64,000 nt of DNA. It comes from Octopus sinensis (Eukaryota). The notes below the pieces were generated by a model. The model was not told the origin of the DNA and did no database searches. It worked only from the letters and a program-made list of their open reading frames with translations. Each line of letters starts with the position of its first letter. The stretch's first letter is position 1. The stretch covers positions 248,797-312,796 of the forward strand of contig NW_021832221.1 in NCBI RefSeq assembly GCF_006345805.1, read 5' to 3'. Both the position numbers and the translations under genes were made by a program. This document shows, piece after piece, positions 49,109 through 60,492 of this stretch.

Positions 49109-52100
49109 ATGAACTTAACCAGTAACAAGATTGACAGTGAATACATCCCTATTTATATGAACGAACTTCACTCACTGCACCAAGTTGAGATAAATCGGCT
49201 ACATCTTGTTTTAGATGGCGAGAGATGGAACTGGTGAAGAAATCACAAAATTGTTGGGAATCATGTTTAAAAAATTCTCTCATTCGAAATTCATTAAAAA
49301 AATAAATAAATTAGACGACAGCGGGCAGAGTCCTCTGCACTGCGCAGTCCGATCAAATAACGTTGAGGCAATCGATGTGCTCCTTCTTCACGGGGCTGGT
49401 TATATTTTTATTTTGAATAAAGATGTAAATTGCCGGGGAGAGGACGATGTAACTCCGCTAATGACGGGAGCCAGATCCAGAAATGAATTCAAATCTGCCG
49501 AAGTGCTATTTTGTCATTTAAACTACATTTAGGAAGAGAAGAATGACGAAGAATTGACTTTTAACAGACTCAAAGAAAACAACGCAGACCTAAATCAGAC
49601 AGACATCTACGGACAAGGAGCTATTCACTACGCAGTGATGAGAAACAACGTAAATATGCTTCGACTACTTCTCCAATGCGATCAAATCATCATCGAAGTT
49701 CGAGTCATTAAAAATACAAAAATAGTTAAAAGACAAACAAGGAATGAGTCCGGCTCATTTTGCTGCTGCATATGGCCATTTTGACGTTATGGAGATGCTG
49801 ATTGAGAAGGAGATTAGTCTTCTTTCTTTTGATATTTTCTGTCAAACTCCTCTCCATCTGGCAGCCAGTGCTCAGGATGCACGAATCTGCAAGCTTGTTC
49901 TTGAAACTCTGAAGAAAAAACACCCACAAGATTTTGATTCTGTAAAGAATCATATATTCAAAGTCTCAGATTGTAAATATGAAGGACTCTGAAAGTAAGG
50001 CTCCTCTTCACATTGCAATCGAAAAAGAAAACTTCTCAGTGGCTAAATTACTGATTTCAAACGGGGCCGACTGTACAAAAACTTCCTACCAAGATAACTT
50101 TCCCATTCATTTGGCCGCAAAAGGGAACTCAGTGGAAATCATCAATCTCCTAGTTTCTGCCAAAGCACACGTAAACTGTGTAAATGCCCGTGGTGAGACT
50201 CCTCTCCATGTCTCCGCGGCATTTGACAAACCAGAAAACATTGAACTTTTGATAAAATAGTCAACAAATTATTTATTTCTTAGTAAAGCCAACCTGGAAG
50301 CACGGGAAATTGACAGGTTCACTCCAATGATGATTGCTGCGTCATTTGGAAATACAGACTCAGTCCAAATTCTTCTGAAGCATGGTTCAAGGATTGCCAG
50401 TATTGACAAGAACGACAGAAATTCTATTTTTCTTGCAGCTCAGGAGAACCAATCTGTCACTCTCACGGTATGACCTCAGAACTTAAATTAGGTGTTGCTC
50501 GACAGTTGTTCGATGGCTTCAAAGAACTCTTTGGTGAATGTGACCGACCGTTTTGGAGACACGGCTCTTCATAAAGCTAGTGAGAAGGGATATTTCAAGA
50601 TTGTTGAGGTGTCAAAAGTCGTGTTTAGTCATCTACAGATTCTGATAAACCACGGATCCAACTGTACTCTCAAAAATGACAGTGAGCAGACAGGCATGCA
50701 TTTCGGAGCTCAAAATGGATTTTTAAAGTATTTTGTCAAACGGAAACAACAGAGTTGTCAAAATCCTTGCAAAACATGACAACTCGTTGATCCACGGCGA
50801 AGACGAAAACTCCAATACCCCCCTCCACTTGGCTGCCTTAAACGGACACAAGGAAGTTGTAAAATTTCTCATTGAGAATAACGCAGACATGAAGCCAGGT
50901 TGGTTATTTGCATAAACACAGAAACCAATTTTTATGGACACCTCTCGACTGTGCGGCAACAAATGGCAATGTCAAAGTATGTCGAATATTGCTTAATGAC
51001 GACGCCCCAATCGATGCAAAGGATCGTGCAAATGTTGCATTTATTTATATTTGATAAGACAACTCCACTTCATTTGGCATCCGCTTCAGGACACTGTGAC
51101 GTGGTGAGTCTTCTCATCGACGAAGGTGCTGATGTGACCATAAGAGATTCAAATGGATTCAATTCTCTGGACAGAGCTATTTCTACCAATCATCAGTCTC
51201 TTTGCAATTCTCATGTTTTAGAGAAGTTGCTCAAACAATTTTGAGTTCATGTAAATGGAGAGAAGCACTCAGAAATCAATATTTTTGCGACAATCGCAAG
51301 CAAATTATAACTCCAATGAGAGAACTCATCCAGAAAATGCCCGGTTTGTGTCGTGACCAATCATTTGCAGATGTGGCATACATGGTCATGTCCTCAGCAA
51401 TCACAAATAACAATAAATCAAACATCGATCCTTCGTTTTCTATTACATACAACTACGAGTTTTTGGACGATATGTTTGCAGATTGGACAGATATGAACTC
51501 GGAAGTACTCAGCGTCGAAGGTTGTCGTCCCCAAAATGATTTTGGTTAGGAAATAAGGAAACTATAACAAGATATAGCATCACTCCTCAGAGAAAAGACA
51601 AAATAGTCCATACACTGGAATGGATGGTTTTATTCTAACGTGAGTGTTAAGGTCAAATATAAAAAGAAAGAGCTCCTGGGACATCCCCTGGCTATGGAAT
51701 TGATCCATTCAAAGTGGGTTAACTATGGACAGTATTTCTTTTATATAAACATGCTATTCTCTCTGATATTCACAGTGGCACTCACCACTTATTTGTATCT
51801 GTCAAATTCACCAAAGTTTGTATTTATTGACAAATTAATTCAGTCTTCAAAATTCAAGTATTCCAGGATGTCGTTCGGCCTATTTGTCTCCAAATTATCT
51901 TGTCATTGCTGACGTTTGCAAATATATTGCATTTGTCACTTCTGGATGCCTGTTTTTGAGGGAAATTGCTCAGTTGATCAGAGCTCCGCTTAAATACATT
52001 TCTTTCACGAATATTATGGACGTTTGTTCATTCACATTCTGTATCTTTGCTCTTCTAGATTTCACGAACTGCAACAGAGAAACTGGAATTCGAACTGTAA

Positions 52101-52995
52101 CTGTATGATCTCACTCCTAGAGCTGGCAATGGCAACTGGCAGTGGTTTCGGTTTTTCTTGGATGCATGAATACGATTTTAATTATGCAGAAATTTGCCTT
52201 ATTCGGGATTTATGTGGTCATGTTTTTCAATATCCTTAAAACTTTCTTGAAACTTTCGATAGTATTGGTTCTGTTCATTGCCTCTTTCGGAATACTTTTT
52301 TATTTACTACTCAAAAATCAGGTAGTCTTTAATTCAGCATTCTGAGGCACCGTTTGATGGATCGATCGTATTTCTAAAAACGTTGGTGATGATGATTGGA
52401 GAGATTGACTATCAGACAATATTTAATTCAAATGAGACGATTCCTTATCCATTTGTGACATATCCGCTCTTCATTTTATTCATAATTTTTATGATAATAA
52501 TTGCAATGAACTTGCTGGTCAGGAAATAATTCATCAAATATAGGTCGGTTTGGCAGTCGACGATATCAAGGGAGTTCAGGAAGAGGCGGTGCTACAAAAA
52601 ATTGCAAAACAGGCATGACTTGTGTTTTAATTATCAGGTCGAACTTTTGATGGAAGCTGAACGATTTCTGGGAAAAAATATTATTAGAAAATTCGCAGAT
52701 AATAAAAGAACTTTTTATCCAAATCAGCGAAAAAAATATATGGGATTGTTTTACTACTTTGACGAACCAGTCAAATACAACTCAGAAGAATCGTCGAAAG
52801 AGAATAATGTTTGTTTATTATAATAACAAATAGCAAACAATAAATAGCATCATCGACGAACAAGAAAAAATGAAGACCAGTTTTAAAATTATTAAGAAAG
52901 GGATTGTCGGGATTAGAAAAGATCAGGAAAGAATGAAAAAATTGTTGACTAAATTGGTCGGTGAAGATGAAACTGATTACGACAGTGATATTTGA
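49109..52995 (+). CDS. TRPA1: TRPA1-like ankyrin-repeat cation channel
   Basis: More than 10 ankyrin repeats (QSPLHCA, QTPLHLAA, ETPLHVSA, NTPLHLAALNGH, WTPLDCAA); KELLGHPL...KWVNYG; GIYVVMF; pore MMIGEIDY; NLLVGLAVDDIKGVQ...KIAKQVEL. One frame discrepancy near 50895-50935; start may lie further upstream. Confidence 0.92.
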
Positions 52996-53697
52996 TATTC
53001 TAAATTTATCTAATAAAATTAAAAAGCTTTAACCTATTTAAATTTGAGAAATATACGGTAGTCGCAGATAATCAGGAAAATGACCAATTACCCAACAACA
53101 TCGCTTCAGAAGTGATTCTTCTGAAGATTCACCTAAAGAAATCTTGTTACGACTGCTACTTCATTTAAATGAGTAGGGTCGGGTGCCAACTCGAATTCTA
53201 TACGATTCAACAATTTCATCAAATCATCCATCGGTAGTAGTGTCTACATCTAGCAAGGACGTAGTCACTGCAGGTTTTAGACCTGCGATTACTCGTGAAC
53301 ACATAATAATTTTAAACCTCGATTAAGACTTAGATCAGATAAAACTCAATATTTCATCGCTGAATAATTGAATGATAAATATGGGTTTATTAGATCAATT
53401 TAGTCATCAAAAAAAAAGAACAGTCCAAGGAATTTGCGTGTAGGGCGCATTGAATTGAAAACCACGAATGTATCAACCTCGGTTTAGCCCCAGAAGATTT
53501 TTCGGATATTTTTTCAACTAAAAGCTCATTTCGAAGGTGGCGTATTTAATCTCCCACTTTCGCCAGTTTAGGGCAATCCTACGAAGTAATATCAACTTCG
53601 AAAAGAAATGAAAGAGAGAAATTGTCAATAAAACGGAATGAAATATCCGAAAAATAAAATGTTCGGAGACCTTCGAGCTCATTAATCAAAAAATAAA

Positions 53698-54258
53698 TTA
53701 TATAACTCGATCATAAACAGTGCCATTCATAGCATTGCCTTGCATCGTCCACCGAACATTTCTCTCTAAAAGCCCCAAATCAAGATCATTCGCTGCATCT
53801 TTATTAAGAGCATCCTTGGAGGACATTTCATCAAACAACAAACAAAGAGAATAAACCACCGATCCTAAATCAATGGTCGGAATCCAATTGTCCCTAAAAA
53901 TATTCCAATATTTACCCACCGCAGAAAACTGAGGCAAACAGCCCCAGAAGGGTCGATGTTTGGATGATAAATCACATTGCAGCAAACTATCGAAGGAGCA
54001 CGAAAGGGGTATTCATCGGGGAACGTGAATTTAAAATTAAATTGCCCTCCTTTGTAGAACCCCTAAAGTAACTACCAATAATTATACGGATTGAGGAGAT
54101 ATTTTAATATAGAAATATTCATTTTTTGATGGATGGGGGAAAGTGAGAGAGCAGTGAGAAGGGATTTTAAGATTTTCGATATCATAATTTATTCGATTTA
54201 AGCATCTGAGATTTGGTTTTATAGATTCATTTTCGAATTCGGTATAAAGACGAAACAT
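53698..54258 (-). CDS. UBE2M: NEDD8-conjugating E2 Ubc12-like (2 introns)
   Basis: MFRLY...ISPQSGFYKGGQFNFKF...YHPNIDPSGAVCLSFLRDNWIPTIDL...DALNKDAA...ERNVRWTMQG...VYDRVI*; catalytic Cys retained. Confidence 0.88.
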
Positions 54259-54609
54259 CCACCAAAGTCTAACAAAAATAACTTTATTATTATTTTAATT
54301 CAGCTAGATAAAAAAAACTATATTTTTTAATTAATGTGGAAAAATGCTCGGATTATTTATCCAGAATGGGTCATAATGAGTTGAATGGGGCATGATATTT
54401 TTTGGTCAATTTCAAGTAGCAAAATGGTCGGGAAAAAAATCATATTCCTAATCTTAGCAATTATGTGTCAAATAACATGTTTAAGGTACTATAAGCTGCC
54501 AATGTTAGTATATTCCAAATCTTGTCTTCCAGTCATGACAAGGAGATCAAATTTAATGAACTAATTGAAAACCGATTCATTTATGAGAAGACATAAAAAA
54601 TAAAATAGT

Positions 54610-56009
54610 TTATGGCTTTAGAGAAATGGGATTTGTGTCATTTTTCTTATATTTGGAGAATATGCAATATTTGACCATTACAAACACAGCCATAACTGCC
54701 AAGAAGAGTGATATAGAAATAGCAGTAATATACATATGCTCTACTTGGTTATTTAAATATATACTTTTCTTGTTTTTTGGTTTTTTACTCGTCTCCCAGG
54801 TTATTTCGCGACTAGCAATCCCGAGTTCATTAACGCAATAGCACGTTATTCGAAACACCCGTGATCCTTCTTTCTCTATAAAGAGTGTTGAATTGGTGCC
54901 TTAAAAATTATCGAAAGGCAAACTTTGCTCTTTCTTCCTGTTAAAAAGCCAGACATACTTGCATTTTGAAGTGGAAGTACAATATAACGTAAAGTGAGTA
55001 TCATTTTCTTTAAGAATGAGTCGAGTAATAATTGGGGTTGCTGGATTATAGAGAAAATAAAATAACCGTAGTTTATAATCGAAAATGAAATTGAACGATT
55101 CAAGTATCGACAAGAATATACTCCTGGTTTTTTTGGATTAGTTTGTCGTCCAAATTGATCAAAGTACGTCGCATTTTTGAATTCCCTAGAATATAACCGG
55201 GATTTCCAAACCTGTCATAAAAAATACATTTAATATTCAAGTTAGGCTTATTGTTGATAGTATAGAAGACATGGTTGTCCTGAGGATAAGTGAAGCCCTT
55301 TGCCACTGATGCTGCCTTATCGATCTCAAGAATGACTTACCACAATGTATTTCTACGGGACGGTTATTTTTGGAGAGTATTAGATAGGTTTTTTTAATTA
55401 ATTGGGTTCTGTAAAAGAACGCACATTGAGCCATCATTATTAGCTCTGGAGTGGCATTTCCAATAAATATTTTATCTGGAGTAAAGCACAATCCTATACC
55501 CCTCAATACAATTAAATTTCCCTCGTAGTTCGTGTATTTGATCGTGATCTGACCATCGACAAGTCCTTCTGGAAACGAGGGAGCATATGAAGCACAGTCC
55601 AACATTATCCCGCCAGTGCCGCAATTAAGATTGACAATTTGATTAGCTAGGTCAGTTTCTATACAAAATTAACAAAACAAAAGTTACCAGGGAGCCAGGC
55701 AACCTGGAAATAAATAGATTGTCCTGTGCTCGAATAATAGCACTGATAATTCCAATGAGAAATGTTTGCAGAAATCAGTTTTAGAAATGACCCATCAGAT
55801 TCCGTGGAATACAGGGCAGGAGGCCAAGTATTAGTGAGCAGAAAGGGTCTAAATCTATTAAAATGTCTTCTTTACTTTTGTTGATTAAATTTGCAGTTCA
55901 ATTCGAATTTAGTTTTGGGATAGTAGATATCCGCTGATTTTTGAGCTATCAATGTGACAGAATCTATCACGTGCAGGAAAAGGATCATCCAGTTAAATTG
56001 TTGAGACAT
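54610..56009 (-). CDS. Orphan type I membrane protein with Ig-like repeats
   Basis: Hydrophobic N-terminus MSQQFNWMILFLHVIDSVTLIA; Ig-like motifs FELNCKF...WNYQCYY, VEIHCAS...PGVYSCRY, TLYCTS...YVWLFN...ITCYCVNELG; TM YITAISISLFLAVMAVFVMV; short basic tail. Confidence 0.62.
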
Positions 56010-57419
56010 ACTTAACTGCTTTCTACGTAGATTTTGGATTAAATAGAAAAAATAAAGAAAACATCGCAACAAATCAATTTGCCGGTGAGTTATTATAAAC
56101 TTGATCATATATTATGAGTTTTGTTTTATAGATAAGATATCTGATTATTCGCAAAGGATATCTGTCAAAATAGAGTACAGGGCATTTACTAATACTTAAT
56201 TCCACTTGAATGGGAGCATACAGTGGAGAGATTAAATCCATTCAATTTTATTAATCAACCAGTAAAGTAAAAATCAATATGTCACTTTCATCAGCTAGAA
56301 CGACTATTACATGTTAGCATCTTTAATTCATTATAATCATTTAGTTAGTTTGGAAAAATTTAATAGAAACAAATATCAGAAATAATAAAATGTGCTTGGC
56401 TGAATTTGTTTAGTCCAATATTCTGACAATAAAATTTATCAGTAGCTTTAATCAATTACAAAATGTATTGATTAGCACTAGATTATTAGTACTAATTGAG
56501 TATTTAAAATATTTAAGACAACTCAGAGATTACTAGTCCTCTGTAAATTAGATTACTTACAATATTTTACTAACAATTGAAGAGATCGAAACAATTAATC
56601 AAACGTGTATACATAAAAAATGGTTTAACTGATCTCATCGACAGGAAATTAGTCTCCAAACTTTAATGACAAACTACAACCAAATTGGCATGTTTTAGTG
56701 GTTGCATAACCCGAGTCACACATCAAGTTATGAAACCAGCGCCTTCCTAGGTTGCCCACAAAAAACCTCAAGCGGGTGAATATCACCTTTTTTGCGAATA
56801 AGAAAAAAACCGGGACAGCTAAAAGGTCCAGCAGTTGAATGGTCATCAACACAGCGGAGGTTCCAACGAGAAGAGATCGAGTGGTCCATTTTGTAGTGGT
56901 TTAGTGAATGATGATGGCCGGAGTGAAAACGAGGAAGAAGCATTTCGAGGGGTGAACATGTGGTGGTAGTTTACAGAGTAGACGTCAACTTGTCGAGGTG
57001 GAAATGTGATCATGAATTCTTTTCATTGAATGTGAACATTGGTTCAGACCATTAATTTTAGCAGGGAGTATTGTTTTGCAGGCGTAAGTGGACGACCACT
57101 CTCATTTATCACATTTTGAGCAATGCGAAAATGGTAGAATTCACGCAAACAGGAATTGTGCTCCTCTCATTTTAAATGCTTTTCTATTGGGTAGATAGTC
57201 AATAGGTGTTGATTTAACGGGTTTTTTATTGATGACAAGAGTACCAAGGAAAGGTCCGATTCTACGCACGGTTAAAACACACGACGGCCCTGTTAAACAT
57301 TCATAGCTAACTCTTGAGGCACGAGGCCGTTTGGTAAAATAAATGTATAAACAAAAAATATACAAGGCATATTTAAATGCAGTAAAGATATATGAAAATA
57401 TTTCAATAAACTATAAATT

Positions 57420-58650
57420 TTAATCAGAGATGGAAAAATGAGCGTCTTCTTGTTTTGTTACAAAACGAGCACCAAAAGAGAGAATCGACCCGATTATAGA
57501 TTCGATTGACGTCAACATAGCTTCAGTGCAACGACTGGGCGTGCAACATTCAAATTTTCGAAAAAATTGACTCATTGGAAAAAACTCTACAAAAATTTCG
57601 GAGACGGACGGAAAATGATTTCCAACATATTTAATATCCTGCATATACAATACCAGATAGCTAACTTTACTACATTTTGTCTCAATTTCTCTTCGAAACT
57701 TGAAAAAATCAAAATCGGATACCGAAATTGACCTTCCTATCAGTCGCCTTGACCGTTCACAAGAGTCAGTTCTGAATTTCACAAGATTTGCGAATGGGAG
57801 AAAGTCAACAGGAGGCGTAGGGTCAGGTTTGGTTGGTTTGGAATGTACAGTCATTCTATGTTGAATTAGACGTGGACAAACATTTCAGTGTGACAGGACT
57901 CCCTGACGTGTTGGACAAGCTCGGGGAAGTGATAATCATCATTTCTATAATTATAGCGGACAGTGAAGTGGTGGTCCGAATCACTCACATTCCCGATCAG
58001 ACGGGAGGTGAATGACATGTCTTTGGGGAGGGGACTGTCGTAGGGAGACCCCTCGCGACGAATTCGCAAGACAGCCCAATTCCCGTCCTCAGGAAGAACT
58101 CGAAAAAAACTAAGAATTGGTGGAAATTAGGCGGACCGGTAAAAGACAGGGGAAAGTCTGAGAGATGAGATAATACAGCGAATGATTCTGCTGTACTGGA
58201 AGAAAATATGTTCGTGTGATGACAGGCCTGGCGACCTTGATTGTTTTTGGAAACAAAAAATCCACTGTTCTAAAAGAACGGGGGATTCTTTTCCACATCG
58301 GGCCAATATTTCAATATAGAGAGAATAACTGTCGTTGATTTGAATGTTCACCATTTGGTCGACCACGGCTGTCAGGATGTCTTTAAGATAACTCAGCATT
58401 CGCGGACAAAGTGGAATATTAAGTCCAAACTGAGAATTGATTACGTATTCAAAACCCAAATATGACAATCTCCACTTTCCCTTGTCATCTTTGGTTCCTT
58501 GAACTTGCCAGTCCTTGTCCTGGAGCACGATATTGTTTGGATAGAATATATTAAGAGGTATTTTATGTATTGTTTTATGTTTAGTTCATTTGAGCAAAAT
58601 GAAGACCGTCTCCCTTCCGAACTGCTTCCTGGACTTGCTTCGAATGACAT
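57420..58650 (-). CDS. ATG13: Autophagy-related protein 13 (HORMA domain)
   Basis: KQYIKYLLIYSIQTISCSR...IW|FGLNI...LYIEILARCGKESPVLLEQWIF...IRCIISSLRLSPVFY...IGNVSDSDHHFTVRYNYR parallels ATG13 HORMA (KFIKFF..KTVQVIVQAR, WFNL, CVEISL...LEIWC, LKSLL..TRVTPAY). C-terminal DFDFFKF...MSQFFRKFE. Confidence 0.75.
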
Positions 58651-58799
58651 CTTAATTAGGATTGACCGTGTACAATTTTATAATTCAATTATTGCATCAT
58701 ATCATCCTAAATATTGAATAAATTATAATCTAATGAATAAATAAATTACAACTTAACTAAACTCGTTTTAATTGTATTTTTTATAATATTTTACACAGC

Positions 58800-60350
58800 T
58801 GGGCCATCAATAATGCTCTTTAACAAATACCACCGATCTACCAAATCGAAATGAATCCGATTGTATTCTAAGTAGAGTACTCTACTTTGCATAAACTCCT
58901 TTCATCAATCAACGAACGTTGAAATGGAACAAATCGAAAGATTTTTACACAAGTACTACTTTTAATAGTTCGGAAATGTATTCTAAAATGGTATTTGTTA
59001 TCACGATTTGATATCATATTATAAACTTTTTGGAACAAAAATTATCTGTTAATATCTTTTAATGCTCACTCATTAATATTTTAATTACCAATTTGTTCCA
59101 CCACACAACCGGGTATGACCAAATAGGCGATAAATACACACAGATTATTTCCACGAATAAAGAAAAATTGTAATTATCTCACAAACAGTCGGGTAGTGGC
59201 TTTATCTATTTAAATGAGCAATTTATTACAAACATGCACATCACCTTATGGAGTGAATCAAATGTCATCCTGCTGCCATCCTTGCCGTAGGAAAACACGT
59301 GACGCAAACCTAAGGACATCAAAGGCTATGTATCACCTAAGTACAACCTACTAGAATAGCTTGACGTCTCGTAGTTGTAATTTGCTAATAAACCACATTA
59401 AAGGTATGCCTATATGTAAAAAATAATACAACCAATTGCCTTCTGGAAACATCGTCCGGAAAATTGCTGTGAAAATAGCATCCAATGATGCAATCAACGC
59501 AATTTGGAATATTTTTTAAAACTTGGAGTGCGTGGCCGGATGCATGCGTAATCCTCAACAACAGCCTGTCAAAAAAGGATCTGCAAACTCATTTACGTTA
59601 ATAAAAGAAACCATCTTCTCCGGGTGTGCTAAAAATATTCATTTTCTGTCTTGTGCAAAATGGTGACCGCCTTAGACCCCACTTGTCTACTCGGATCCTA
59701 TGTTCAGTCTGATGAACCTCAACCAATGATATCTGGATGGCGGGGTAATATGTGTGAAACTTGAAATAGTCATAATTACTAAGTTTGCAGATCTGAAAAT
59801 GAGTGTGCTTTCTTTCAAAAAACTTAAAAGATTGAATTTGTTTTACGGGATGCTCGTCTTACTTTGAAAAGATATTACTTTGCTGGGCACTCTCGTGTTT
59901 CCGTCCGGTATTAAACCAGAATTCGTAAATAAACTTGCCAAATTTCGTACACTGATCAGAGAAAGTAATTTTGTTGATAGTCGCAGTGTTATTTCATGTT
60001 TTGAAAAAAGGTTGGTCAAAAACTGTGTAGTTTTAGAAATTATGATAAGCTCTAAATATCAATGAATGATAGCTCTAAAAATAGAGTTCTTCCCCAACGT
60101 CCCTTTGCTGAATGGGGCTTGCCAACAATTCATATTTTGCACACAAGGCTCACTTCTCCATTAGAATTGTAAAATTCGGAATTCAGAGTGGATTCGACAA
60201 GAACAATGTGAAATAATCCAAAATAAAACTTTTTCATAGTCGGTAGGTCCCGATGGTGGAATCTATTGTGGATAACTCTCTCCGAAAGTGACCCGGTGTG
60301 TCGGAGCAGAATCAAGTAGCAGATCCCTGTAGTACAGAGGTATCGACTGC
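58800..60350 (-). mobile_element. Possible highly decayed LINE remnant
   Basis: Stop-riddled, moderately GC-rich stretch with only faint RT-like fragments (YLG, FPDD, YLSPIWS). Confidence 0.25.
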
Positions 60351-60492
60351 CGTAAATATAAAAAATTAATTAATTTATTATATATAAATTAAAAATAAAC
60401 TAAATTTGTATTATAATAAATTGATTTGATATACTGCACGTTGTGGGTTAGTCTTGTTGTCATTATATTTCTGCAGTTATTTAAACTCAAGA

